DNA of 32,000 nt from Pseudothioglobus sp. nBUS_23 (GTDB lineage Bacteria > Pseudomonadota > Gammaproteobacteria > PS1 > Pseudothioglobaceae). Of this stretch, positions 7,736-16,913 are shown piece by piece. The translations under genes were made by a program, and so were the position numbers. The stretch's first letter is position 1, and the number at the start of each line of letters is the position of its first letter. A model generated the notes under the pieces. That model was given only the letters and a program-made list of their open reading frames with translations. It did no database searches and had not been told where the DNA came from. The DNA lies in contig NZ_CP179200.1 in the NCBI RefSeq assembly GCF_051201565.1, positions 1,020,001 through 1,052,000 on the forward strand, given 5' to 3'.

Positions 7736-9508
7736 TTAACGATGAGGAGATTTTTCGCCGTAATCTTTGTACTTTTCTAAATGTCTAATTGGTTTGCTTA
7801 GAGCATCTTTTCTGAACGGGTCTCCCAGCTCTCTAGAGCACATAATTTCGATAATTGTTGTCTTTCTCTCATTCATTTGCATATCGATTGCTTTTTTGAG
7901 TGCTGGCCCAACATCTTCAAGCTTATCAACACGGATTCCTTCAGCGCCCATCGATTCAGCTATATTGACAAAATGTTGGTCAGTTAGTTCAGCTGCTACA
8001 AATCTTCTGTCATAAAAATCAACTTGATTCTTCTTTTCTGCTCCCCAATGACGATTATGAAAAACTACCGCTGTCACAGGGATATCATGACGTACACAAG
8101 TCATCGTTTCAACCATACTCATGGCCCATGCACCATCACCAGCATAAGAAACTGCAGGCCTATGTTGGGCAGCTGCTTTCGCGCCAATAATTGTTGGAAA
8201 TGCATAGCCACAATTTCCAAAGCTCATTGCTGCAAAAAAACTTCGTGGCTTTTCAAAGCGCAAATAACTATTTGCAACAGAGTTAATATTTCCAATATCA
8301 GTTGAAACCATTACATCTTCAGGCATTGCTTTTTCAAGTTCTCTTAAAACTTGTCTAGGATGAAGCCAACCCTCTTCCTTATTTGCAATCATATCCATGC
8401 TGTAGGAATCAGTCTCATGAATCCATTCATCCAATTCTAATTCCCAGGCCGCTTTTTCATCTGCAATCATTTTTGCTCTATCAGCTTTTGTAGAATCACA
8501 ATTAAGTGATTCAGAGTCTAATTTTTGACATAAAACTGATGCCACTGCTTTTGCATCACCACAGATACCAACATTAATTGGTTTAACTAAGCCAAGCATT
8601 TTGTGGTCAGCATCAATTTGAATAATCTGAGCATCTTTTGGCCAGTAGTCCATTCCATGCTGAGGCAGGGTCCCAAACGGGCCTAATCTAGTTCCTAACG
8701 CAATAACTACATCAGCCTTAGAAATAAGCTTCATTGCAGCTTTTGAGCCTTGATAACCCAGTGGACCACACCACAAATCATGACTAGCTGGGAAAGAATC
8801 ATTATGCAAGTAGCTATTCACTACAGGAGCGCCAAGACGCTCAGCTAAGGCTGCACACTCATCTACGCCATCTGCCATAACAACACCACCGCCAGATACA
8901 ATAACTGGAAACTTTGCTTTTGCAATCAATGCAACTGCTTCGTTGAGAGTATCCTCTCCTCCGGATCCTCGATCTATACGTCGAGGTGTAGGAATAGTGA
9001 ATTCTCCATCTGCATAGAAATAATCTCTAGGTATATTTAGTTGTGTTGGGGCCATTTCACTCATAGCTCTATCAAAACAACGGCCAGTAAATTCCGCCAT
9101 TCTCATTGGATTCACAACATGTCCCTGATATTTAGTAAACTCTTGGAACATAGGAAGTTGATTCGCTTCTTGAAATCCTCCCAATCCCATACCCATTGTT
9201 CCAGCTTCAGGAGTTACAATAACAACGGGGCTATGAGCCCAATAAGCAGCAGCAATCGCAGTAACGCAATTTGAAATTCCTGGACCATTTTGCCCAATAA
9301 CAACACCATGCCTACCACTAACCCTTGAGTATCCATCAGCCATGTGAGCAGCTCCCTGCTCATGAACAACTGGAATAAATCTTATTCCTGCGGGTTCAAA
9401 GATATCCATTGCATCCATAAATGCTGAGCCCATAATACCGAAAATATCTGTAACTTCATTCGCTACCATAGTTTCAACAAAGGCTTCACTCGAAGTCATT
9501 TTTGCCAT
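7736..9508 (-). CDS. xsc: Sulfoacetaldehyde acetyltransferase (ThDP-dependent)
   Basis: The 590-aa ThDP enzyme has long matches to characterised Xsc as I recall it: GQNGPGISN, AAYW.H.P, LNIPRDYF, AKFPVIVSGGGVV, HNDSFP.SH.L..GPLGYQGSKAAMKLISKADVVIALGTRLGPFGTLP..GMDYWPKDAQIIQID and VGICGDAK. A GGGAG Shine-Dalgarno sequence is present, and the gene sits in a tpa/ald/tauR/tauE context. Confidence 0.9.
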   Translation of the reverse strand: MAKMTSSEAFVETMVANEVTDIFGIMGSAFMDAMDIFEPAGIRFIPVVHEQGAAHMADGYSRVSGRHGVVIGQNGPGISNCVTAIAAAYWAHSPVVIVTPEAGTMGMGLGGFQEANQLPMFQEFTKYQGHVVNPMRMAEFTGRCFDRAMSEMAPTQLNIPRDYFYADGEFTIPTPRRIDRGSGGEDTLNEAVALIAKAKFPVIVSGGGVVMADGVDECAALAERLGAPVVNSYLHNDSFPASHDLWCGPLGYQGSKAAMKLISKADVVIALGTRLGPFGTLPQHGMDYWPKDAQIIQIDADHKMLGLVKPINVGICGDAKAVASVLCQKLDSESLNCDSTKADRAKMIADEKAAWELELDEWIHETDSYSMDMIANKEEGWLHPRQVLRELEKAMPEDVMVSTDIGNINSVANSYLRFEKPRSFFAAMSFGNCGYAFPTIIGAKAAAQHRPAVSYAGDGAWAMSMVETMTCVRHDIPVTAVVFHNRHWGAEKKNQVDFYDRRFVAAELTDQHFVNIAESMGAEGIRVDKLEDVGPALKKAIDMQMNERKTTIIEIMCSRELGDPFRKDALSKPIRHLEKYKDYGEKSPHR

Positions 9509-9527
9509 TTTTTTTACTCCCCTATTA

Positions 9528-10646
9528 TTATTTATTTAATATATCCAAAGCAGGAACATAATCATATCCCAAATCCTGTGCAACCTCTAAACAAGTTACG
9601 TTTCCACTGTGAACGTTTAATCCAGCTCTTAGGTGCTCATCATCCAATAGAGCCTGTTTTACTCCTTTATTCGCAATACTCAGCCCGAACGGCAAGGTGA
9701 CATTGTTCAGAGCATAAGTAGATGTTTTTGGAACGCCTCCAGGCATATTAGCAACACAATAGTGCACTACATCGTCAACTATGTATGTTGGTTCTGCATG
9801 AGTTGTAGCCTTAGAAGTTTCAAAACAGCCGCCTTGGTCAATTGCAACATCTACAATCACAGATCCAGGTTTCATAGCTTTTATCATTTCTTTAGAGACC
9901 AGTTTTGGAGCTTCAGCTCCAGGAATCAGCACCCCACCAATAACCAGGTCGGCTTGGAGCACATACTCTTCTACCGAACTTTTAGTTGAGAACACAGTAT
10001 TTGTGCTTCTACCAAATTGCTGCCAATGCTGCTCCAAAGTATCAGGATTATTATCCAGTACCCAAACATCAGCACCCATACCAACAGCCATATGTGCTGC
10101 ATGAGCTCCAACAACTCCACCACCAAGTATCACTACCTTAAGTGGATCAACTCCTGGGACACCGCCAAGAAGTGCACCCATTCCGCCATTTGGATGCTCT
10201 AAAAAGTGGGCACCGGCTTGGACAGCCATTCTGCCAGCAACCTTTGACATTGGTGCCAGTAATGGCAGGCCACCTCTTGGAGAGGTTACTGTCTCATAGG
10301 CAACACAGATTGCTCCACTTTCAACAAGCCCTTTAGTCTGCTCAGGGTCTGGCGCAAGATGAAGATAAGTGTAGAGTATTTGTCCTTCTCTAAGCATGGC
10401 AATTTCTTCCGCCTGAGGTTCTTTGACCTTGACAATCATTTCTGCTTTATCAAACACCTCTTTGGCAGTTGCAATAATCTCAGCACCTGTATAAGCATAC
10501 TCCTGATCTGAAGCACCGATTCCAACACCAGCATTAGTTTGAACTAAAACTTTGTGACCATGGTTAATAAATTCCTTAACACTTCTAGGTGTAAGACCAA
10601 CTCTATACTCATGATTTTTAATTTCTTTTGGGACACCAATAATCAT
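9528..10646 (-). CDS. ald: L-alanine dehydrogenase
   Basis: The 372-aa ORF begins MIIGVPKEIKNHEYRVGLTP. It has the NAD-binding VVILGGGVVG motif and is collinear with Ald throughout. Confidence 0.93.
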   Translation of the reverse strand: MIIGVPKEIKNHEYRVGLTPRSVKEFINHGHKVLVQTNAGVGIGASDQEYAYTGAEIIATAKEVFDKAEMIVKVKEPQAEEIAMLREGQILYTYLHLAPDPEQTKGLVESGAICVAYETVTSPRGGLPLLAPMSKVAGRMAVQAGAHFLEHPNGGMGALLGGVPGVDPLKVVILGGGVVGAHAAHMAVGMGADVWVLDNNPDTLEQHWQQFGRSTNTVFSTKSSVEEYVLQADLVIGGVLIPGAEAPKLVSKEMIKAMKPGSVIVDVAIDQGGCFETSKATTHAEPTYIVDDVVHYCVANMPGGVPKTSTYALNNVTLPFGLSIANKGVKQALLDDEHLRAGLNVHSGNVTCLEVAQDLGYDYVPALDILNK

Positions 10647-10678
10647 TTTAAATCCTATATGTTTATTAAAAAAAACTA

Positions 10679-12040
10679 TTAAATATTCGCAGCAATTGCG
10701 TTATCAACAGCATCTACAATTTGATCAATTTCGTTCTTTGAACAGATAAAAGCTGGACTGAACAAGAGCACATTGTTATTGTATTCAAAGCTTCGATTAG
10801 TTCTACCAATCATAACTTTATTTTTTAAACAATGTCCAGCAATGGCCATTGCTATGCTCTCATGAACGGGCTCTTTTGATTTTCTGTCCTTTACGAGCTC
10901 AACACCACAAAATAAACCTTTTCCCCTTACATCTCCAATGATGTCATATTTATCCTCGAGCGCATGCAACTTGTCTTTAAGATAATCACCCATATTTTTA
11001 ACATTTTCAAGGAGATTTTCTCTTTTAATAATATTTACAACTTCAAGAGCTGCAGCGGGCCCAGCAGTGCACCCACCAAAAGTAGATATGTCTCTGAAGT
11101 AGCTATCAGGGTTAGAAGGATCTTGCTTAAATCTATCAAAAATTTCTTCTGAAGTAATCGTAACAGAAATAGCGGCATAACCAGCAGCAAGGCCTTTTGC
11201 TGTAGTAACAATATCAGGCTGCACGTCAAAGTGTTGATAACCAAACCATTTACCAGTTCTGCCAAGTCCACAAACCACCTCATCAATGTGAAGTAAGACA
11301 TTATATTTTTTACATATAGATTGAATTATTGGGAAATATTCTTTGACAGGAGGAATAACACCTCCACCAGCAGTAATTGGCTCTAGAACAACAGAGCCTA
11401 CAGTATCTGGCCCCTCTTTAACAATGATATCTTCAAGTACGGTTGCGCACTCTATATTACACTCTCCATATTTTTTACCAAATGGGCAACGGTAACAACA
11501 ACAATTTGGCATTTCGACAAACCCTGGCGCAAAAGGACCATATTGTTTTTTGCGTTGGATTTGAGCAGAGGAGCTCATAGCACCAATTGTGGTTCCATGA
11601 TAATCACGATCACGAAAAATAATTTTATGTTTCTTGCCGTCATTATCAAAATGAGCCAGTTGGCGAACCATCTTATAGCCCTTTTCATTAGCTTCAGAGC
11701 CAGAATTAGAATAATAAACTCTGTTCATACCAGGCATCAACGAGGTAATTTCTTGCGCATATTCTGAAGCCGGTTCATTACCAAACGCACCAGCAAAATA
11801 AGGAATCTTTGAAATTTGATCACTAACCACCTTAACCATTTCATCTCTTCCATAACCCAGGTTCACTGTCCAAACTCCGCCTGAAGTTGCGTCCAGGTAT
11901 TCGTCACCTTTAGAATCCGTTATAATCATTCCATTAGCATTTGAAACAACTAGTGGATCATTAGATTCAAAAGCTTTGTGTTGAGTAAGATGGTGCCAGA
12001 CATGGTCTTTTGCATTTTCGACAACTGAAGTATTAGACAT
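10679..12040 (-). CDS. tpa: Class-III (omega) aminotransferase, taurine:pyruvate aminotransferase by context
   Basis: Class-III PLP motifs are present (SGSEANE, DEV.CGLGRTGKWFG, TTAKGL). The gene heads an operon with ald and xsc, divergent from tauR. I moved the start to the ATG at 12040 (MSNTSVV...), which has an AGGAGG Shine-Dalgarno sequence 4-5 nt upstream. The track start at 12088 has none. Confidence 0.8.
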   Translation of the reverse strand: MSNTSVVENAKDHVWHHLTQHKAFESNDPLVVSNANGMIITDSKGDEYLDATSGGVWTVNLGYGRDEMVKVVSDQISKIPYFAGAFGNEPASEYAQEITSLMPGMNRVYYSNSGSEANEKGYKMVRQLAHFDNDGKKHKIIFRDRDYHGTTIGAMSSSAQIQRKKQYGPFAPGFVEMPNCCCYRCPFGKKYGECNIECATVLEDIIVKEGPDTVGSVVLEPITAGGGVIPPVKEYFPIIQSICKKYNVLLHIDEVVCGLGRTGKWFGYQHFDVQPDIVTTAKGLAAGYAAISVTITSEEIFDRFKQDPSNPDSYFRDISTFGGCTAGPAAALEVVNIIKRENLLENVKNMGDYLKDKLHALEDKYDIIGDVRGKGLFCGVELVKDRKSKEPVHESIAMAIAGHCLKNKVMIGRTNRSFEYNNNVLLFSPAFICSKNEIDQIVDAVDNAIAANI

Positions 12041-12116
12041 TCTCCCTCCTAGAATAAATTTATACGCAGTATTAAAAGAAACAATCAAATTTTAAGAAAA
12101 GAATTATAAAATTTAA

Positions 12117-12148
12117 CTGGTCCTGATTTAACATATATATAGAACCAG
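12117..12148. promoter_or_regulatory. Candidate TauR (MocR) operator in the tpa/tauR divergent region
   Basis: CTGGTCC (12117-12123) and GAACCAG (12142-12148) are inverted repeats matching at 6 of 7 positions. An 18-nt AT-rich spacer containing TATATATA separates them. These are the only GC-rich islands in the 135-bp spacer. Confidence 0.35.
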
Positions 12149-12175
12149 GAAACTTACTATTAATAGGCCAGCAAA

Positions 12176-13648
12176 ATGGATGAAATGTGGAATCAATTTT
12201 TTTCTTTGAGACATGATAAACCAAGGACGCTTCAACTGCAGATCCGTCAGCAGCTAATTGATGCCATTACTAATGGTCTAATCGGTTCTAATGAGCCACT
12301 CCCGTCCTCACGAAATTTAGCAAAGGCTCTCAAGGTGGCCAGAAATACAGTCATAGCAGCTTACAAAGAGTTAGAGTTTGATGGCTATATAACACCGAAA
12401 GAAAGAAGAGGATATTTTGTTAACGAGCAATTTTATGAAAGCTATACTTCAAATGAAAAAGGCGAGCCAACTGAGCCACAGTCTCCAGTCTGGCATGATA
12501 AATTAATTACAAAAAAACCTTCTTCTCAAATCAATATTCATAATCCAGATAACTGGCAAAGTCTTCCCTACTCGTTCACAATTGGGCAACTTGACAAGAG
12601 CTTGATACCATACTATGAATGGCGAGAGGTGGTTAGACACTCATCTACACTGCCAGAAATTCAAAAATGGAATATAGATCATGTTGATAGTGATGATCCG
12701 TCCTTAATAAAACAAATCCAGTCTAAAGTTCTTCCAAAGAGAGGTATTTGGGCCAACAAAGATCAAATTTTGATTACGTCAGGCAGTCAAAATGCCATCT
12801 ACATGATAGCTAGTTTACTGACTAAACAAGGAACAGTTGTGGGTATGGAGAACCCCGGTTATCCTGATGTGAGAAACATTTTTAGCTCTAAAACTGACAA
12901 TATTGTTCCTATTAGTATTGATAAAGACGGCATTGTTGTTAACGATATTAAAGAAGACACGGATATTATTTTTACGACACCAAGCCACCAATACCCAACA
13001 GGTGTGACTATGAGTATGGAAAGAAGACGTGAACTTTTATCTATTGCCAAAGAAAAACAAATGGTTATTATTGAGGATGATTATGAGGCCGAGATAAACT
13101 TTCAAAAAAAGCCTCACCCTTCTCTCAAAAGCTTAGATAAAGACAATAATGTGATTTATGTTGGTAGCTTTTCAAAGGCTTTCGCTCCTGGTTTAAGGTT
13201 GGGATACATGGTAGCTCCTGAAAGCTTTATCAAGGAAGTCAAAGCTTTAAGAAGGCTAATGATTAGACATATACCAGCAAACAACCAGAGATCTGTTGCC
13301 CTTTTTATAGGACTAGGCCATTATCATAATATGTTTACTAAAATTCAAAAAACTAACAAAGAAAGGTGGGGGTTAATTAACGAAAAAATAAATAATGAGC
13401 CTTTATTGTCTTGCACTCCGACTCTAGGTGGTTCAACTTTTTGGATCGAAATACTTGCGCCTATCGATAGTGATAAACTTTGCAAAAACCTCCTAGGCAA
13501 AGGGGTTGCTGTAAGGTCTGGAAACACGCTATTTAGTGGGGATAACTCGCCAACAAATTATTTGCACCTTGGTTATTCTGCCATTGATACCAATAAAATT
13601 GACAAAGGTTTAGATTTAATTATTAAAGAAATTAAGGCGATGGTTTAA
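12176..13648 (+). CDS. tauR: MocR-subfamily GntR regulator (N-terminal wHTH plus C-terminal aminotransferase-like PLP domain), taurine regulator by context
   Basis: The 490-aa ORF has an N-terminal GntR HTH (LPSSRNLAKALKVARNTVIAAYKELEFDGYI). Its C-terminal fold-type-I aminotransferase-like domain includes the SFSKAFAPGLRLGY lysine motif. It is divergent from tpa. Confidence 0.8.
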   Translation: MDEMWNQFFSLRHDKPRTLQLQIRQQLIDAITNGLIGSNEPLPSSRNLAKALKVARNTVIAAYKELEFDGYITPKERRGYFVNEQFYESYTSNEKGEPTEPQSPVWHDKLITKKPSSQINIHNPDNWQSLPYSFTIGQLDKSLIPYYEWREVVRHSSTLPEIQKWNIDHVDSDDPSLIKQIQSKVLPKRGIWANKDQILITSGSQNAIYMIASLLTKQGTVVGMENPGYPDVRNIFSSKTDNIVPISIDKDGIVVNDIKEDTDIIFTTPSHQYPTGVTMSMERRRELLSIAKEKQMVIIEDDYEAEINFQKKPHPSLKSLDKDNNVIYVGSFSKAFAPGLRLGYMVAPESFIKEVKALRRLMIRHIPANNQRSVALFIGLGHYHNMFTKIQKTNKERWGLINEKINNEPLLSCTPTLGGSTFWIEILAPIDSDKLCKNLLGKGVAVRSGNTLFSGDNSPTNYLHLGYSAIDTNKIDKGLDLIIKEIKAMV

Positions 13649-13656
13649 AGTCCTCA

Positions 13657-14412
13657 ATGGAAAATCTTTATAACTTCACTCCAGAAAACTATTTATTAAT
13701 AGCTCTTGTTGTTATTTTTTCTGGTTTTTTAAGAGGCTTTATAGGCTTTGGATCTGGTCTCTTAATGATTCCAATTCTTTCTTATTTTTATTCTCCAGTC
13801 TTTGCAATGGTTTTCAATATTGTCATTGAAATTCCAGCAACCATCTATTTGACATTTGTTGGCATTAAAAAAGCTAATTTAAAAGAGATCACTCCTATGA
13901 TGGCGACAATGATGCTAACTATCCCTTTTGGAACAATATTTTTAGTTTCCGTTGATGAACAAATCATCAAAACTTTGATGTCTATACTTTTAATATTTTT
14001 TGTTATTCTGATTGGAAGTGGCTGGCGAATCAAATCTACGATAACTAAATATGTTCTTGTATTAGGAGGCGCTATCAGCGGCTTAATGCAGGGAGCAACA
14101 GGTATGGGAGGGCCGCCATACGTAACAGTTCTATTATCTAAAAATGATAGCGATGAAGTGGCACGAGCAAATATTTTAGTAATTACTTCTGGCCTAGTGA
14201 TCAGCGCTATTATGAGTCTTTATTATTTTGGACTTTTCACAAAAGACATTTTATTTACAGGTGCAATCACTGCCCCAGTCTATGTATTTGCCACATATAT
14301 TGGCACAAGATTTTTTAACTTTTCTGGGAACAAATATTACAGAAACTCTTCATTGGTTGCGCTTGGAATAGTTGGGGTAGCGACACTCATAGGCGCTTTA
14401 ATGAGCCATTAG
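13657..14412 (+). CDS. tauE: TauE/SafE-family sulfite exporter (membrane protein)
   Basis: The 251-aa ORF is polytopic and hydrophobic, with the family-typical G.G.GLL.IP and GMGGP motifs. It lies 8 nt downstream of tauR in an xsc locus. Confidence 0.8.
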   Translation: MENLYNFTPENYLLIALVVIFSGFLRGFIGFGSGLLMIPILSYFYSPVFAMVFNIVIEIPATIYLTFVGIKKANLKEITPMMATMMLTIPFGTIFLVSVDEQIIKTLMSILLIFFVILIGSGWRIKSTITKYVLVLGGAISGLMQGATGMGGPPYVTVLLSKNDSDEVARANILVITSGLVISAIMSLYYFGLFTKDILFTGAITAPVYVFATYIGTRFFNFSGNKYYRNSSLVALGIVGVATLIGALMSH

Positions 14413-16877
14413 ATTCTAATTTTTTCATTGAGTGGATCATACAAAGGTTTGAGTGATACCTTACACTTTTCAATAACACCTTCAACCTCGATAGTATACT
14501 CAGCCATTAAAATATCTTCGTGACTTTCATTTGGCTTACAAGGCACATAACCAAGTCCAACAGCGCCTCCTAGAGTATGACTATATGTTCCACTCGATAA
14601 ATGACCCACAATTTCTCCATTTTTTAGAATAGGCTCATTGTGGTATAACATTAAATCTGAATTATCTAATAAAAATTGCATAACGCGCATATCGTAGCCA
14701 GATGCTTTTTTAGATTGAACAGAGTCATGGCCAATGAAATTACCGTACTTAGAAGGCTTCTTATCAACCTTAACTGCAAACCCAAGACCTGCATTAATTA
14801 CGTGGTCTTCATCAGTAATATCATGTCCAAAATGTCTGTACGCTTTTTCAATTCTACAACTATCTACGGTATGCATTCCAATATGTCTCAAAGAAAACTC
14901 TTTGCCTTTCTCATCTAGCAACTCAGCAACATAACTTGAGAATTCAATTGGAAAATAAAGCTCCCAACCCAGTTCGCCAACATAAGTAATTCTATGAGCC
15001 CTTACATTGGCCATGCCTATCTCAATGTTTCGCACATTTGCAAATGGAAAGCTTTCATTGCTCATATCAGTATCTGTAAGCAATTGAAGTAGATCTCTCG
15101 AATTTGGACCCATAATGGCTATACAACCCTCAGAGCTTGTAGCGTCAAATAATGAACAGTTCGCATCATTTGGCATATTTTTCTGAAGCCAATGCATATC
15201 TCTATTAAGGCAAACAGTTCCGCTAACAATCAAGTAATCGTCAATAGCAAGTCGAGTCACAGTTACATCGGCCTCTATTCCGCCTTTTTCATTAAGCCAT
15301 TGAGTGTAGACCATCTTTCCAGGCTCAACATCTACATCATTTGCACAAATGAGCTGAAGAAAGTCCATAGCATCACTGCCTTTAACTCTAATTTTGGCAT
15401 ACGATGACATTTCATACATGCCAACAGACTCTCTTATAGCTTGTTGCTCTAATTTATGATACTCAAACCAATTTTGCCTACCCCAAGAATATTCATACTT
15501 TGCCTCTGCCTTACCAATGAGCTCTTCTGGAACAAACCAGTTAGGCCTCTCCCAGCCAGCAACTTCACCAAAACAGGCGCCACGTTTTTTGTAGAAATCA
15601 TAAAGAGGTGTTTTCCTTAGTCCTCTTGCAGTTTCATATTGGTGATATGGAAAATGATTTTCATAAAGATAGCCAAGGGTTTCAGTTACTCTGTTAGCTA
15701 GATAAGTCTTATTACTCTGGAAGGACTGATTTCTTCTTATATCTACGTCCCATAAATCACAAGGTGGTTCTTTGCCAACAATCCATTCTGCTAGATATTT
15801 TCCAGCTCCGCCAGCAGCTTGAATTCCAATTGAGTTGAACCCAGCAGCAACATAAAAACTTCCAAGTTCCGGTGACTCACCAATTTGAAAATTATCATCT
15901 GGTGTAAAACTTTCTGGCCCATTGAAAAGTGTTTCAATACCTAAACTCTCCATTACTGGGACTCTGTTCATTGCTAATTCAAGGTAAGGCATGCAGTGAT
16001 CTAAATCATCCTGAATTTGATCAAAACAAAAATCCTCTGGTATGCCATTTTGAGCCCAGGGTTTAGCATTTGGCTCAAATAGACCAACCAATATTTTTCC
16101 AGCGTCTTCTTTGTAGTATGCAGACTCGTCTGGAACTCTGACAACCGGCATATCTCCTAATCCTGGTACAGCCGAAGTTAAAAAATAGAAATGCTCACAG
16201 GCATGAAGTGGAACTGACACTCCAGCCATTTTTCCTACTTCTCTTGCCCACATGCCACCGCAGTTGACAACTACCTCAGATTGAATGTCTCCAAAATCTG
16301 TTTGAACTCCAGTTGCCTTTCCATTATCTTTAAGAATCCCAGTAACTTTTACATCTTCAAAAATTTTAACGCCATTATTTTTAGCGCCCTTTGCCAGAGC
16401 CATTGCAACATTTGCTGGATCAGCCTTGCCATCTTTAGGTATCCATGCACCACCCACGACGTCATCAAGATTAAAAAAATCTAACTTCTTTCTTAACTCA
16501 TCTGTTGACAGGATTTGTACATCAACCCCATGAACCTTTGCAAGTGATGCATTGCGTTTATATTCAGTTAACCTCTCTTGATTAGTAGCTAGACTTACAG
16601 AGCCAGTTCTTCTGTAACCAGTAGCCATTCCAGTTTCTGATTCAAGTGTTTCATAGAGATTTCCAGAGTACTTAACCATTTGAGTTAAATTAAGCGAGGA
16701 TCGCATTTGTCCTACAAGACCAGCGGCATGCCAAGTTGTGCCAGAAGTTAATTTTTTTCTCTCTAGTAAGACTACATCCTTGTATCCAAGTTTTGAAAGG
16801 TGATAAGCAACGGAGCAACCAACAACTCCACCACCAATGATTACTGCTTGAGCATGCTTAGGAATACTTGTCGACAT
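14409..16877 (-). CDS. Dimethylglycine/sarcosine dehydrogenase-family flavoenzyme (N-terminal FAD oxidoreductase plus C-terminal GcvT-like folate-binding domain)
   Basis: The 822-aa ORF has the dinucleotide fold AVIIGGGVVGCSVAYHL and SGTTWHAAGL, the covalent-FAD histidine context of DMGDH/SARDH. The C-terminal ~400 aa form an aminomethyltransferase-like domain (ITYVGELGWELY, MLYHNEPI). Its start lies 36 nt after the tauC stop on the same strand. Confidence 0.85.
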   Translation of the reverse strand: MSTSIPKHAQAVIIGGGVVGCSVAYHLSKLGYKDVVLLERKKLTSGTTWHAAGLVGQMRSSLNLTQMVKYSGNLYETLESETGMATGYRRTGSVSLATNQERLTEYKRNASLAKVHGVDVQILSTDELRKKLDFFNLDDVVGGAWIPKDGKADPANVAMALAKGAKNNGVKIFEDVKVTGILKDNGKATGVQTDFGDIQSEVVVNCGGMWAREVGKMAGVSVPLHACEHFYFLTSAVPGLGDMPVVRVPDESAYYKEDAGKILVGLFEPNAKPWAQNGIPEDFCFDQIQDDLDHCMPYLELAMNRVPVMESLGIETLFNGPESFTPDDNFQIGESPELGSFYVAAGFNSIGIQAAGGAGKYLAEWIVGKEPPCDLWDVDIRRNQSFQSNKTYLANRVTETLGYLYENHFPYHQYETARGLRKTPLYDFYKKRGACFGEVAGWERPNWFVPEELIGKAEAKYEYSWGRQNWFEYHKLEQQAIRESVGMYEMSSYAKIRVKGSDAMDFLQLICANDVDVEPGKMVYTQWLNEKGGIEADVTVTRLAIDDYLIVSGTVCLNRDMHWLQKNMPNDANCSLFDATSSEGCIAIMGPNSRDLLQLLTDTDMSNESFPFANVRNIEIGMANVRAHRITYVGELGWELYFPIEFSSYVAELLDEKGKEFSLRHIGMHTVDSCRIEKAYRHFGHDITDEDHVINAGLGFAVKVDKKPSKYGNFIGHDSVQSKKASGYDMRVMQFLLDNSDLMLYHNEPILKNGEIVGHLSSGTYSHTLGGAVGLGYVPCKPNESHEDILMAEYTIEVEGVIEKCKVSLKPLYDPLNEKIRI

Positions 16878-16913
16878 ATCTATTTAAGTGATAAAAAAAA
16901 TAGAATTATAGAA

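Noticed and set aside
12041-12088. Longer start for tpa (MIVSFNTAYKFILGGR...), and similarly a GTG start at 7712 for the DUF924 gene.
   Set aside because: The ATG at 12040 has a strong AGGAGG Shine-Dalgarno sequence, and homology starts there. The 7712 GTG sits inside the 11-bp stem-loop, and its extension has no family counterpart.
14409-14412. Convergent stop-codon overlap (TTAG) between tauE and the DMGDH-like gene.
   Set aside because: The overlap is real, but it is just another symptom of the extreme gene packing seen across the window (1-11-nt overlaps at aceK/rraA, rraA/glcB, tauB/tauC, ribH/nusB, ftsW/murG and xerC/tsaC). No separate function is implied.
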